Part shown: one piece after another, positions 50,401-63,102 of the stretch
Numbering within the stretch: the first letter of the stretch is position 1
Layout of the letters: each line of letters starts with the position of its first letter
Source of the DNA: Treponemataceae bacterium
GTDB taxonomy: Bacteria; Spirochaetota; Spirochaetia; Treponematales; Rectinemataceae
DNA length: 64,000 nucleotides
Reading direction: 5' to 3'
NCBI GenBank assembly: GCA_963667725.2
Contig: CAXXHO010000004.1
Location: 72,892 to 136,891 of the forward strand
Notes under the pieces: generated by a model
What the model was told of the DNA's origin: nothing
What the model saw: the letters and a program-made list of their open reading frames with translations, nothing else
The model's database searches: none
Position numbers and translations under genes: made by a program

Positions 50401-51684
50401 GTTAACCTTCCCGCTGTGTCCGAGAGCCTGTATATCGAGGGTCTAGGGACGCTCTTTGAGCGAGAATCTAGGGCTGCTGAGAAGCTGGCTCAAGATCAAC
50501 TCGCACTCGCAAAGAGCACTGGAGCTAGCGACCGTCGCATAGCCACCTGCTGCGCCGTCTGGATCGAACACTGCCGCGAACGGGCTTGGCGTGAGGTGTG
50601 GCCGGCCATGACGACAAACGGCAGCTTTGCTAAAGAAGTCCTGGAGGTGATGTATTCAAGCGGCAAGATCGCCGAGAGACTAGGCGCATGGCTTCCCGAG
50701 AATGAGTGCCTCGACATCTACCGGTGGCTTCGCTCGACGTTCGGCGCTCCTCCAAACTCCGATCCATTCCAGCGCGATATCGTCCATACGACCCAGGGAA
50801 GTATTCTCCATTGGCTCCAGGAACGGTCCACAGCTGAGGCGCTCGCGGCGCTTGAGACGCTGGATCGCGAGTACCCTGGCGACTGGTGGATACGAAAAGC
50901 AGCTTGGGAGACTGGCCGGGACAATCGCCCAAAGGAGTTGGCAGCCACTTGAGCCGGCTGCCGTTCAGCACGTTATCGAAGACCATCGACATCTGCTCGT
51001 CCGTGACGAAAAGGAACTCCTCGATGATCTCCTGGAGGCGTTAAGCGAACTCCAGGCGAAGTTCCACGCCACAGGCGATCGCGTAAGGAGGCTGTGGAAC
51101 GAATACCACATAGGCCGGACTCTCAGGTGCAAGCCCAAGCCCGAAGAACCCGTATCCCGCGAGATCGCCTCAGAACTCATGGACCTCCTCAGGCGTCGTG
51201 GAGTCACCGCAACGCTGGAGCCGAAGATCCGCGAGGGGGAGTACGTAGACATTCATGTGACAGCGACCACGGAATCTTCTCCCCTCAAAGTTCCTCTCCC
51301 TCGTTATCGAGGTGAAGGGGTGTTGGAACCCTGGAGTGAGAAGTTCGCTTGATGCGCAGCTCGCGCGACGGTATCTCAAGGGCAATCAGTCGCCCTACGC
51401 TATCTATCTGGTCGTCCTGGTTCACGTGCGACGCGTGGGACGACCGAGATTCGAGACGAAAGGCCCAGGCTTCGAAAGAGACGCAGAAAGGCCTTACGGC
51501 ATTCCTGACAGAGGAGGCGAGCCGTGCGAGCCGTGATCACGCCGTCTCCATCAAGAGCTTCGTTTTGGATGCGACACTTAGGGGCGGGACGGCAAAAGAA
51601 GGTCGCCCGCAAGTCTGCCAAGCGCCAAGCCGCGAAAAAGGGCCGAGGGTAGAGCGTCAAGGTGAAGAGACCGCTACGCCTTGA
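47422..51684 (+). CDS. large STAND/NACHT-like NTPase with helical repeats and a C-terminal PD-(D/E)XK-like domain (frameshifted near the 3' end)
   Basis: AAGGAGG RBS; LLGDGGMGKS (Walker A), LTFDSLDE (Walker B), ISCR, HPLTL, FRWIHKSFAEFLAA; downstream frames give YVDIHV...VIEVKGCWN. Confidence 0.8.
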
Positions 51685-52237
51685 GGGGCAGGCCGAGTCC
51701 GGACTGGAGTCCGCTACACCGGTACAGGCACAACCGAGCTGGCTATCTTTGTGACGCAAAGAAGTGATGGCTACCCCTTGATGCTGAGAACAGAGAATCC
51801 GACCCTTTCAAGGGCGGCAACTAAGGTTAGCACCAGTGATGCGTGATTCCGGCTCATGCCGCAACAGTCGCCCGCTGGACACGCCACCAACAAACTCCAA
51901 CTGCTCGCCCGGCACGCTCTCGACTCCCGGACCGACCTCTATCGCTTCCCGAATGCGAACCACGACCTAATCAAGCGACTGCGCTTGCGTCTGGCACGCT
52001 GGAATCTGCGGCGCTGAGGCGTCCGCAGCAGCTGCCTTCTGCGTCGCGCTCAATACGGCACCGAAACTGGCGTGGCACCGGAGTTGTTCCTGGGCGGCGC
52101 AGGAAACCGTGCGACCCCGTTCCGCCCGGTCATAGCCCTCAAAAAAATCCTAACTCTTTCAAACTCCACCACATCCCGGCACCCGTACCCCGCCCTCGCA
52201 GAACCTCGCGCGTACTCTGTAGCCGAGGAGCACATCC

Positions 52238-52940
52238 ATGCCCAAGCACTACGACAACACCTCTCGCCCGCGACCCCGCCCGTCCACCGGGACACCGCGC
52301 AGCCCGACCCGCAAACCCACATCACCGGCGGCAAGCCGGCATCCTCCCGCAACCCGTTCGTCCCCGGCCTCCGCCGAACCATCATCCTTATGGACTGCGA
52401 GGACCCCGCAGAATTCGAAGCCCCTCGAACAACTCCTCCGCATCGAGTTCAGCCCGCGCTCCAACACCGAGGAAATGCTCTTCACCGAAATCGTCCTCAT
52501 CCATTGGGACCAGCGCCGGTGCCGCGGCATCCACTCCGCCCTCCTGCGCATCGCCTCCGAGGATCCCGACGCTCGCGACGGTTTCCAGCACATCGAAAGG
52601 CGCCGCACTCGCCGCCGTCTCCTACGAGCGCTGCGTCGGCCAGAGTCGTGCCCTCCAGGCCGTCGGCCCGCGACCTCGGCCGTCTCAGTCGCGAACTCAA
52701 CCGCGCCGTCCGCCTCTACCTCCTCCTCCACGGGCCCCTCGACCCGCCCGAGCCTCCCGTCGAACCGCTGCCCTCCAAACCCGAATCCACCGAAAATACC
52801 CACGATTCGAAAAAAATCAAACCCATTCCCATAAACGAACACCCGCATTCGGCCTTTTACCGTCCGATAGCGAACGATTTCGTCCGCGCCGACCGTCCGG
52901 AGGTCGTCCCCGCTGACAGTCGGGGCTCTCCATGGCTAAC
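52238..52940 (+). CDS. hypothetical protein (frameshifted)
   Basis: GKPASSRN...GL...EDPAEFE...E..L...I....W..RR...L.R..REL.RA across frames. Confidence 0.45.
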
Positions 52941-53033
52941 GCGGACTCGACGCACACACAAAAGGGGAAAACAAACGACAGGAGGGAAAAGAGGAAGGGA
53001 AGGCCCGGCAGCGGAACTACCGGGCCTCAAACA

Positions 53034-53834
53034 CTACTTCGAAAACGCCCAACGCTTCGCTTCCACCGGATCTTCGCCGGGTTCCCGGCGCGACGCGATG
53101 CTCGCGTTGCGGAAGTCCTGGTTCATCCGGGCGATCACGCTGAGGTTGATCTCCTTCGGACAAACCGCTTCGCATTCACCAATGTTGGTGCAGCTGCCAA
53201 ACATCTCCTGCGTCATCTGCGCCACCATGTTCAGGCGCGCGGCTGTGACGCTCGGGCTGGCCCTGCGGCAGCAGTCCGAGATGCGAGATCTTGGCCCCGG
53301 TGAACAGCGCCGCGGCTGCATTCGGACACGCCGCCACGCAGGCGCCGCAACCGATACAGGCCGCCGCGTCCATAGACCGGTCGGCGTCTTCCTTCGGAAT
53401 CAGGATCGCGTTGGCATCCTTCGGCGACCCGCTGGGTGCCGAAATGTACCCCGCCCGCCGCCACAATGCGGTCCAGCGCGCTCCGATCCACCATCAGGTC
53501 CTTCAGAATCGGGAACGCCTTGGCGCGCCACGGTTCCAGGTACAGCTGGTCGCCATCTTTGAAATGACGCAGCGTCAACTGGCACGTCGTCGTTGCCGCC
53601 CGACGGACCATGCGCCACGCCATTGATCATGAAGCCGCAGCACCCGCAGATGCCTTCCCGACAATCATGCTCGAACGTAACCGGCTCTTCACCCTTCTCA
53701 ATGAGATGTTCATTGAGGACATCCAGGCACTCCAGCATGGACATGTCCTCGTTGGCATCCGTCATCTCATACCGGACCATCTTGCCCGGAGAGCTTGCGT
53801 TCTTCTGCCGCCAGATGTGAAGTATGAGTTTCAT
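53034..53834 (-). CDS. sdhB: succinate dehydrogenase/fumarate reductase iron-sulfur subunit (frameshifted)
   Basis: [36 protein letters not shown]. Confidence 0.93.
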
Positions 53835-55752
53835 TTACTTGTAGCTCCGCTGGGAAGGATGCACGTATTCAAACTCGAGCGGCTCCTTGTTCATCTTGGC
53901 CGGCTGCGAGGGTCCCTGGTATTCCCAGGCGGCGACGTAGCTGAACTTGTCGTCCACGCGCTGCGCTTCACCTTCCGGCGTCTGGTATTCCTCGCGGAAG
54001 TGACCGCCGCACGATTCCGCGCGATGCAGCGCGTCCTGGCACATCAGCTCGCCCAGTTCGAAGAAGTCGCCCACGCGGGCCGCCTTCTCCAGCGACTGGT
54101 TGATGTCGTCGGACGATCCGAGCACCTTCACGTCCTGCCAGTATTCTTCACGCAGCGCCCGGATCTTGCTGATCGCTTTGCTCCAAGCCGGCCGCGTTTA
54201 CGCGCCATACCGCAGTCTTCCCACATCGTCCTTGCCCAGCTCGCGATGGAACGAATCCACCGTCCGCTTGCCGTTGATCGAGAGCAGCCGCTTGATGTTG
54301 CCGGCCACGCTCTCCATCGTCCCGCGAACTTCCGGATGGCTCTCGTCCACCTTCTCGTTCTTGTGGGTGGCGAGATAGTTGCCGATCGTGTACGGAATCA
54401 CGAAGTAACCGTCCGACAGCCCCTGCATCAGCGCGCTCGCGCCGAGGCGGTTGGCGCCGTGATCGGAGAAGTTCGCTTCGCCCAGCACGAACAGCCCGGG
54501 GATGGTGCTCATCAGTTCGTAGTCCACCCACAGGCCGCCCATCGTGTAGTGGATGGCCGGGTAGATGCGCATCGGAACCTTGTACGGGTTCTCGTCGGTG
54601 ATGCGCTCGTACATGTCGAACAGGTTGCCGTAACGTTCCTTGACGGTCCCTTCACCGAGACGACGGATCGAATCGGCGAAATCGAGATACACGCCCAGGC
54701 CGCCAGGTCCCACGCCGCGGCCTTCGTCGCAGGCGTTCTTGGCGTTGCGCGACGCCACGTCGCGCGGCACCAGGTTGCCGAAGCTCGGATACTTGCGTTC
54801 GAGATAATAATCGCGCTCGTTTTCGGGGATCTGGTCCGGCTTGCGCGTGTCGCCCTTCTTGAGCGGGACCCAGATCCGACCGTCGTTGCGCAGGCTTTCG
54901 CTCATCAGCGTCAGCTTCGATTGGTATTCGCCCGCAACCGGGATGCAGGTCGGGTGGATCTGCGTGAAGCACGGATTGCCGAACGCCGCGCCCTTCTTGT
55001 AGGCGCGCCAGATGGCCGTGGCGTTGGAGCCCTTGGCGTTGGTGGAAAGGTAATAGACATTACCATAGCCGCCCGTGGCCAGCACCACGGCATCGGCCGT
55101 GTGGGACTCGATCTTGCCGGTGACCAGGTCGCGCGTCACGATGCCGCGGGCCTTGCCGTCGATCACGATCAGGTCCAGCATCTCGGTGCGCGAGTACATC
55201 TTCACCTTGCCGGTGTCCACCTGGCGTTCCAGCGCCTGGTAGCAGCCGAGCAGCAGCTGCTGGCCCGTCTGCCCTCGGGCGTAGAACGTTCTCGACACCT
55301 GCGCGCCGCCAAACGAGCGGTTGGCCAGCAGGCCGCCGTACTCGCGGGCGAACGGGACGCCCTGCGCCACGCACTGGTCGATGATGCTGACGCTGTTCTG
55401 CGCCAGGCGGTAGACGTTCGCTTCACGGGCGCGGAAGTCGCCGCCCTTCACCGTGTCATAAAAAAGACGGAAGATGCTGTCGCCGTCGTTCTGGTAGTTC
55501 TTGGCGGCGTTGATGCCGCCCTGGGCGGCGATGGAGTGAGCGCGGCGGGGCGAATCCTGGAAGCAGAAGCACTTCACGTTGTAGCCGAGTTCGCCAAGCG
55601 AGGCGGCGGGCCGAACCGCCGGCCAGTCCCGATCCCACCACGATAATGGTGTACTTCCGCTTGTTCGCTGGATTCACCAGCTTCATCTCAAATCTGGCGC
55701 GGTCCCACTTCTGTTCAATCGGACCGGAGGGAATTCTGGAATCGAGTTGCAT
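53835..55752 (-). CDS. sdhA: succinate dehydrogenase/fumarate reductase flavoprotein subunit (frameshifted)
   Basis: [45 protein letters not shown]. Confidence 0.95.
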
Positions 55753-55756
55753 GGGA

Positions 55757-56453
55757 TTAGTTGATCGGCGGCCGGAAGCCCGCCAACACCGCAACGGGGA
55801 CGGAGCTGAATCCAAGGAACAGGGGCGATGGCGAGGATCTTCGCCAGGCTCTTCAACATCGGCGTGTACCGCGGGTGGTTCACGCCCAGGGTCTGGAACA
55901 TGCTCCAGACTCCGTGATAAAGGTGCAACATCAACATGCCGACGGCCACAATGTAAAACACCGCCACCGGCCACACGCTGAAGCCGGCAATGATGTTCTC
56001 CGACGGGTGGAGCTCTTCAAACGGAGTCCCGCCGACGCCCCAGGTGAGCTGCATCAGGTGATAAACGACAAACGCCCCGATGATCGGACCGCTCCAGTAC
56101 ATCGTGCGCGACGCGTAACTGGATCCGATGTTTTTCTTTTTGACGTATCCTACCGGCCGCGCTTCCAGCTTGTTGAGCAGCGCCAGTTTGATGCTGGCCC
56201 AGACATGCAGGAAAACGAGTACCAGCAGCCCGCCGCGAGCGGCCCAAAGTAAGGGAGGTTCCACTCGGAGGAAGCGCGCATAGGCGTTCATGGCCTCCTG
56301 GCTGCGGAAGAAATTGAGATTGCCGAGCAGGTGCGCAATGACGAAGCCGACCAGAGCAAGGCCGCTCACCGCCATCACGATCTTTTTGCCGACAGTGGCG
56401 TCCCAGAAGCGCGCGGTGCGCGAGCCCCCGAGACCGATCGCAGAAGCACTCAT
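55757..56453 (-). CDS. sdhC: succinate dehydrogenase cytochrome b558 subunit
   Basis: [38 protein letters not shown]; 3' frameshift. Confidence 0.92.
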
Positions 56454-56541
56454 AGTATTTAGGTCCACCTGATGGGATGATGCACATGCGCCCGTTGAAA
56501 GACATCAAGGGCGCAATGGTTCGAGCTAGGGTTTCTCAAAG

Positions 56542-57308
56542 CTAAATTTTACAACCCATCGCAAGCTCGGGGCGGTCTACCCCTGTTGCGGATTCCCTCA
56601 CTCGATCCAACTGGTGAGCCGGTCGGCCACCCGTGCCGCCACGTCGAGCGTCAGATCCAGCGCCTCGTAGGCCCCGCTCCCGCAGGCCGTAGCGCTCCAG
56701 TTGAGCGGGCGGCAAAACGGTGCAGCCGGTCTCGGGCACCAGCGTCTGGTGAGGTCCCTGGAAGGCCCATCGATAGCCCGAGTCGAACGCCATGTAGCGA
56801 TAGGTGCCGGGCGGCACCGCAAACCATCTCGAAGCTGCCGTCGGCCCGCCGACACCGCGCGGACCACCTGGCGGCCCGCCTCCAGTTCCACCACCGCGCC
56901 GGCGTGTGGTTTCGGCGCCTCGCTGCGCGACACCGTGTATACGTTGCCGCGGACGATGTTCCGTCCGGTCCGCAGGGTTTCGAACTCTACCAGCTCCTCG
57001 CGGGCCAGGTCGGCCAGCTTGGTGCCGCTGCAGCTGCAGTTCGAATCCCAGCAGGCGACGTAGACCAGCAGGCGCTGCCCGGGCAGGAAGGCGCAGTACG
57101 ACGGCCGCACGAACACCGTGTCGCCGCCGCTGCCATGGACCCAGCTCTCCACCTTGATCGTCACCCGGCCGTCGTTGGTGGTGCGGAGCGGGTAGCCGAT
57201 CAACGCCTGTTGCTGGTCCATCGAGCACGGGCCGTAGTGGGGAAGCGGCAGTGCGTCATCCGCCGAAACAGCCAGGCTGATGCCGAGCCACACCAGGAGG
57301 GGGCGCAT
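56542..57308 (-). CDS. exported hypothetical protein (frameshifted)
   Basis: signal peptide MRPLLVWLGISLAVSA, CSCSGT motif, Ig-like C-terminal part (VPPGTYR). Confidence 0.5.
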
Positions 57309-57399
57309 ATGGGTTTGGACACCGACCTCCGCCAGCCGGTTCCGATCGCTGAATTTTTGGCTTCTCCGTTTATTCGCCTTCTGGTATATTCGAGGAGCC

Positions 57400-57877
57400 A
57401 TGAACTCCGAAAATCCGTTCGTTCCGCAGATTCTCGCCAGCAAGGAATTCTTCGAACGCTCCACACGGGTGCTTGAAGAGGCCGACTCGGAATTCTCTCC
57501 CACCCCGGACATGATGACGGTGGCGCAGCAGGTGGCGCACACCGCCCATACCATCGATTGGTTTATCGAAGGTGTCTCTCGTCCTGAAGGGTTCGATCTC
57601 GACTTTGCCAAGCAGGCCGAGCTGATCAACGCTGTCGTTTCGCTTACCAAGGCGCGCGAAATGCTTGCCGCCGCCTATGACCACGCGATCGCTTTTGTGA
57701 ACGAGAAAGGGCTGGAGGGACTGATGCCAGCCGATTCCTCCGGGACCGATTATGGGTGGGGCGCCGATGAGTTCGGTGGTCGGGGCGATGATCGAGCACA
57801 CGGCCCACCATCGCGGTGCATTGACTGTGTATTCGAGGCTGCGCGGGAAAGTGCCGATGATGCCCTACGGGGAGTAG
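57400..57877 (+). CDS. DinB family protein (frameshifted)
   Basis: GAGGAG RBS; F.PTPDMMTVAQQVAH, IEHTAHHRGALTVYSRL.GKVP. Confidence 0.85.
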
Positions 57878-57891
57878 GCTCCTGATACCCC

Positions 57892-57920
57892 GAGGGGGAC
57901 GGTCTCGCGCCGTCCCCCTC
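57892..57920. terminator. GC-rich hairpin between convergent genes
   Basis: GAGGGGGACGG-TCTCGCG-CCGTCCCCCTC. Confidence 0.55.
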
Positions 57921-57967
57921 CCCATTGCTCCCGTTTGTCGTACCTTCCTCTTGCTGGAACGGAGCAA

Positions 57968-58471
57968 CTATGCCGCAACTGTCAGCGGGGTGGGCGCGGG
58001 ATCGGCCGCCGGTGCCCCCCATCTTCGCGCCCACGCTCCGCCGTGCCCGCAGCAACCGGATCCGCACCGCGGTTTCCGTCCACCCGTGCTGCTCGGGCGA
58101 TTTCCTGTACTTTGTACCCCTTCCAGATAGTGCCGTTCGAGCACCAGCCGTTCATTGCGGCGGCAGACCTTTAGAACACGCTGCAGGTCGATGGCCGAGA
58201 CGTTGATCTTGGACGGCGTGGTGAGTTCCGGCAGCGCCTGGAGCAACGGCTCTTTCCGCACCCGGCTGCGATGCAGATTGAGGGCGATGCTGTTCATCCA
58301 GGTAAGGATCATGTTCTGGTCGCGTAGCTGGCCGAGGCGTTCCCAGCCTTTGGCCCATGCCGCCTGCGCCGTTTCCTGGGCGTTATCGCAAGATAGACCG
58401 CGCGAGATGAGGAATCGCACCGTCAGGCTGTATCCGCGTGAGTAAGCTTGTCCGAATTCGTCGCTGGTCAT
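57968..58471 (-). CDS. ECF-type sigma factor (frameshifted)
   Basis: AQETAQAAWAKGW...TWMNSIALN; second frame gives AVRIRLLRARR. Confidence 0.75.
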   Translation of the reverse strand: MTSDEFGQAYSRGYSLTVRFLISRGLSCDNAQETAQAAWAKGWERLGQLRDQNMILTWMNSIALNLHRSRVRKEPLLQALPELTTPSKINVSAIDLQRVLKVCRRNERLVLERHYLEGVQSTGNRPSSTGGRKPRCGSGCCGHGGAWARRWGAPAADPAPTPLTVAA

Positions 58472-58784
58472 GGTCCTCCGATCCTTCCCTGCTTCCACGT
58501 CACCCGGGCACGTAGGATGCCAAGTAGGTACCAGTCTTTAACCACTTGAAAACAAAGCACTCGGTCGCCAGCGTGCAAAAATGATCCTAGTACCCCCTAC
58601 AGAAAGTACGGCAAGAATTTCGTCCTATGAGCAATTTTTTCCGGACGCCCCCCCCCCGACACCGTCCAATGGGGTGTCGGGGAATCCGCACCGGGAGATG
58701 GAAAATCCCACGAAATCCTTGCTCAGGACTACCCGAAAAGCTGCAATCGTGGCGTTATACTGAGAAGTTAGGAGTCTGTGCCTT

Positions 58785-59217
58785 ATGAAGACGTACGCGA
58801 AGTTCGGCATCCTTGTCGTTGCGATCATTTGGCACTCTCGCGTGGCTCGCGGCGGGCGGCGTGAATGAGACCAAGACCTATTACCGGACGATCACCGAGG
58901 TCAACCAACTCGGCTCCAAAGCCCTGAACCAACGGCTGCGCGTCGGCGGCGACGTCGAGTCCGGTTCCATCCAGCGCAACGGCCACGAGGTGAAGTTCAC
59001 CCTCACCCAGGACCAAACGAAGCTCCACGTGATCTACAGCGGGATTGACCCGCTTCCGGATACGTTCCGCGACGGTTCCCAAGCCCTCGCCGATGGCAAA
59101 ATGGGCACCGACGGCGTCTTCTATGCCAGCAAGATCCAGGCCAAGTGCGCTTCCAAGTACGAAGCCAAACCGGGCCAGCAGCGCGCGCCGGTGAACGGCA
59201 ACCGCGCCAGCCTCTAG
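58785..59217 (+). CDS. ccmE: heme chaperone CcmE (CxxxY type, frameshift near 5' end)
   Basis: RLRVGGDV..GSI, PDTF, IQAKCASKY. Confidence 0.9.
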
Positions 59218-59248
59218 CTCCACCGCAGTCACCTGCAGGTCCGAATCT

Positions 59249-61257
59249 ATGGAAAATCTGGGCGCCCTTGCGATCCTCCTTGCATTTTGTTTCGCCCTCT
59301 ATGCGATCCTCGGATCGCTGGTTGGCAAGTGGAAACAGAAACCGTTCCCTGGCGGTAAGCGGCGAGCGCGCCGTATACACCGCCTGGGCTCTCACCACCG
59401 CCGCTTCCGCCCTGCTGCTGTATTCCCTGATCGCCGGCGATTACCGCATGGCCTTTGTCTGGGCTCACAGCAACAAGACCATGCCGATCTACTACAAGAT
59501 CGCCGCGTGGTGGGGCGGCCAGGAAGGCTCGCTGCTGCTGTGGGCGTTCCTCCAGGCCACGTATGCGGCCGTGGTGGTGTTCACCTGCCGGCGGAAGTTC
59601 CGGGACATGATGCCCTACGTCATCAGCGTGCTGATGGCGACGCTGGCGTTCTTCCTGTTGATGATCTGGCTGCCGCTGAGCCCCTTCCAGGTGTTCACGG
59701 TCGGCAAGGGCGTCCAGGACCTGGGCGACGGCCAGGGCCTGAATCCGCTGCTCCAGTACTGGACCATGGTGATCCATCCGCCCATGCTGTACCTGGGCTA
59801 CGTCGGGTTCTCGGTTCCGTTCGCTTTCGCGATCGCTTCCCTGATCACCCGCCAGCCGGGCGACGCCTGGATCCACACCACGCGGCGCTGGGACGCTGAT
59901 CACCTGGCTGTTCCAATCCACTGGCATCCTTCTCGGCGCCGGCTGGGCGTACTCGGTTCTCGGCTGGGGCGGCTACTGGGGCTGGGATCCGGTGGAGAAT
60001 GCTTCGCTGCTGCCCTGGATCACCGCCACTGCGTTCCTGCATTCGGTAATGATGCAGGAAAAGAAGGGCATGATGAAGGTATGGAACGCCGTGCTGGTGT
60101 CGGCGACCTTCTTCCTGTGCATCTTCGGCACGTTCCTCACCCGCTCGGGCGTGGTCAGCTCGGTACACGCGTTTGCGCAATCGTCCATCGGCACGTACTT
60201 CATCGCCTTCATGGCCATCGGTATTGCCGGCACGATCTACCTGATTCTGGACCGCCTGCCGTACCTCAAGAGCGAAGCGCACCTGGAAAGCGTGGTCTCG
60301 CGCGAATCGAGCTTCCTGTTCAACAACCTGATCCTGCTGGCGAGCTGCTTTGCGGTGCTGTGGGGCACGCTGTTTCCGGTGATCTCGGAAGCCGTGACCG
60401 GCGACAAGATCAGCGTCGACAAGCCGTTCTACGACCGCATCAACGTGCCGATCGGCCTGTTCCTGCTGTTCCTGACCGGCGTGGGCCCGCTGATTGCCTG
60501 GCGCAAGAGCTCAATTGAAAGCCTGAAGCGCTCGTTCCTGTGGCCGGCGGTTGGCGGCCTGGTGCTGATGGGGGCGCTGTTTGCCGCCGGCGTGCATCAC
60601 TACTACGCGCTGATGTCGTTCGGGCTGTGCCTGTTTGTCGCCTGGACGGTGGTCTCGGAATTCTACAAGGGTTCCCGGGCGCTGGCCGCGAAGAATGATC
60701 GCAACCTGCTGCTATCGGCGGTGGACCTCACCTATCGCAACACGCGCCGCTACGGCGGCTACATCGTCCATATGGGCGTGGTGCTGATGTTCATCGGCTT
60801 CACCGGGTCCGCCTTCAACCAGGACGCGACGCTTGAAGTGGGCACCGGCAGCGTGAAGAGCATCGGCCGGTACGATTTGCGGATTGCCGATATCCAGCAG
60901 GGCGAGAACGACAATTACGTGTGGCACCGGGCGACGGTGGCCATCTCGCGCAACGGCCAGGACCTCGGCACGCTCGAGCCGGAGCGGCGGCTCTACAAAT
61001 CGAGCAAGCAGCCGACTTCCGAGGTTTCTATCCGCCGCCGGCTGAACGAGGATCTGTACCTGAACTTCGCGGGCATGTCGAACGACGACAAGCACGCCGT
61101 GATCCAGGCCTACGTGTTCCCGCTGGTGTCGTGGATCTGGATCGGTTACTGGGTGCTGCTCGGCGGTACCCTGATCTGCCTGGTGCCGCCCAAGGCCCGC
61201 CTGCAGTACGCGCGGACGGAAGTTGTGGGCATCGCGGGGGAAACATGCGACGGTTGA
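59249..61257 (+). CDS. ccmF: cytochrome c biogenesis protein CcmF (frameshifted)
   Basis: WGGQEGSLLLW, GLNPLLQ..MVIHPP, WGWDPVENASLLPW, GTFLTRSG. Confidence 0.95.
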
Positions 61258-61726
61258 AAAATAGCTTTCTGGCGGTGCTACTGGCCGCCGCGGCGCTGGC
61301 GCAATCCTCGTCGGCGCTGCTGACGCCGGAGATCCGCCGTGTCGGCGGACGCCTGGCGTGTCTCTGCGGCACCTGCAACAACACGGTGGGCGATTGTCCG
61401 ATGCTCGAGTGTCATTACACCAAGCCGATGCGGGAGCGGATTGCCGCCATGCAGAAGCTGGGGATGAACGACGAAGAGATCGTCAGCGCCGTGGTGAAGG
61501 ACAAAGGGCTCAGGCACTGGCTGCGCCGCCTGAAGAGGGATTTCACCTGCTGGCGTGGGTGATGCCCTGGATTGTGGTGAGCCTCGGCCTGGCCGCCATC
61601 TGGTTGTTTATCCGCCGTCTCAATCGCAAGAAAGTGGCGGCAGCTGCCGCCGCCTCGGAACTCGATCCCGAAGTCCTGAACCGTTATCGGGAAAATATTG
61701 AAAAGGATCTGGCGAAACTAGACTGA
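61245..61726 (+). CDS. ccmH: cytochrome c biogenesis protein CcmH/CycL (frameshifted)
   Basis: LACLCGTCN, ALAAPPEEGFHLLAWVMP. Confidence 0.85.
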
Positions 61727-62122
61727 TGATCCTCGCCGCCGCTGTCCTGCTCACAGTTGGAGCCATCGTCTTCACTCTGTTCATCCGCACCCGCGACCTG
61801 CCGGAGCCCGAGCCGGTCTCGCCCTGGGAGCACCTGGAGTTGCGCAAGGCCCAGATCTACGAGAACCTGCGCGACCTTCAGTTTGAGTATCGGGTGGGCA
61901 AGCTGTCCGATGCCGATTACCAGCAGACCAAGGTCGGCCTGCAGACCGAACTCGCCGGTGTGCTGGCGGAGATCGACAAGCTCAAGGGAACGCCGGTGCC
62001 GCCGTTGGTTGCCGCGAAGAAGGCGGAGCCCGCGCCGGGCACGGTCTGTCCGCATTGCGGCGCGAAGTTCCCCAAAGCCATGAAGTTCTGCGGCGAGTGC
62101 GGAAAGGGCGATGACGGCATGA
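61726..62122 (+). CDS. CcmI N-terminal-like protein with C-terminal zinc ribbon
   Basis: LRDLQFEYRVGKLSDADY, CPHCG...KFCGECG. Confidence 0.7.
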
Positions 62123-63102
62123 AGACGCTCCTGTTCCTGCTCGCCCCGGTCCTGATGTTTGCCGTCGACGGCGTGGTGACCAACCAGACCACCGGCAAGC
62201 CCCAGCCGAACGTCATCCTCCAGCTCATCCAGCCCGGACAGGGCGGCATGCAGACGCTGGGAACCGCCAAGACCGACGCTGCCGGCAAGTTCACCTTCAC
62301 CCAGTCCACGGGCGAGAATCCGGCGTTGATCCAGGCCATTTACGGCGGCGTCACCTACACCCGCATGCTGCAGCCCGGCGCACCGTCGACGGGCGTCCAG
62401 GTGGAAGTGTTCGACGCGACCAACAAGCGCGACACCGTCGAGCTCAACCAGCACATGGTGCTGCTCCAGCCGAGTTCCAGCGCCCTGCAGGTGAACGAGA
62501 TGTTCCTGCTGCGCAACACCGGCAAGACCACCTTCAACGATCCCGCCAAAGGCAGCCTGCAATTCTACGCCCCGGCCGGCCACGGCGACATACGGATCAC
62601 CGTCAGCGCTCCCGGAGGAATGCCGGTGCAGCGTACGGCCACGCCCGCCGGCGCGCCGAACACGCTCAAGATCGACTTTCCGGTGAAGCCCGGCGAGACC
62701 CGCTTCGATATCGTCTATTCCATCGATGGCCCGCCCGGCGAGTTCGCCGGCAAGCGCCTGGTGAAGGGCGGCGAGACGCGCCTGGTGGTGCCCGGTACGG
62801 TGTCGATTGAAGGCGCCGGAATCGAGCAACTCGGCACCGAGCCGCAGACCCAGGCCAAGATCTTCAGCGTGAAGGCCGACACCTTCAACTTCAAGATTTC
62901 CGGCACCGGTTCGATTGCTCTTGAAGGCGGCAGCGGCAGCGGCGGTGAAGGCGGCGGCCAATCGGCAGAGGATGACGAGGGCCGTCCGCAGATCCAGCAA
63001 TCGATGCCCCGGCTCTACGACCAGCTCTGGCTGGTGCTGGCGCTGGCGGCCGGCGTGCTGGCCGTCGGCTTCATCCTGCTCTACAGGAGCAACAAGGCTT
63101 GA
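62119..63102 (+). CDS. exported membrane-anchored hypothetical protein in the ccm operon
   Basis: own signal peptide MKTLLFLLAPVLMFA, Ig-like N-terminus, C-terminal TM helix. Confidence 0.7.
   Translation: MKTLLFLLAPVLMFAVDGVVTNQTTGKPQPNVILQLIQPGQGGMQTLGTAKTDAAGKFTFTQSTGENPALIQAIYGGVTYTRMLQPGAPSTGVQVEVFDATNKRDTVELNQHMVLLQPSSSALQVNEMFLLRNTGKTTFNDPAKGSLQFYAPAGHGDIRITVSAPGGMPVQRTATPAGAPNTLKIDFPVKPGETRFDIVYSIDGPPGEFAGKRLVKGGETRLVVPGTVSIEGAGIEQLGTEPQTQAKIFSVKADTFNFKISGTGSIALEGGSGSGGEGGGQSAEDDEGRPQIQQSMPRLYDQLWLVLALAAGVLAVGFILLYRSNKA

Noticed and set aside
51700..51717. GTAG-type REP (GTAGCGGACTCCAGTCCG on the - strand) downstream of the STAND gene
   Set aside because: Only one copy in the window, so a repeat family cannot be supported
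61726..63102. Single 458-aa zinc-ribbon fusion protein
   Set aside because: Removing one G at ~62106 gives GKAMTA* overlapping a new ATG with its own signal peptide, so it is probably two genes
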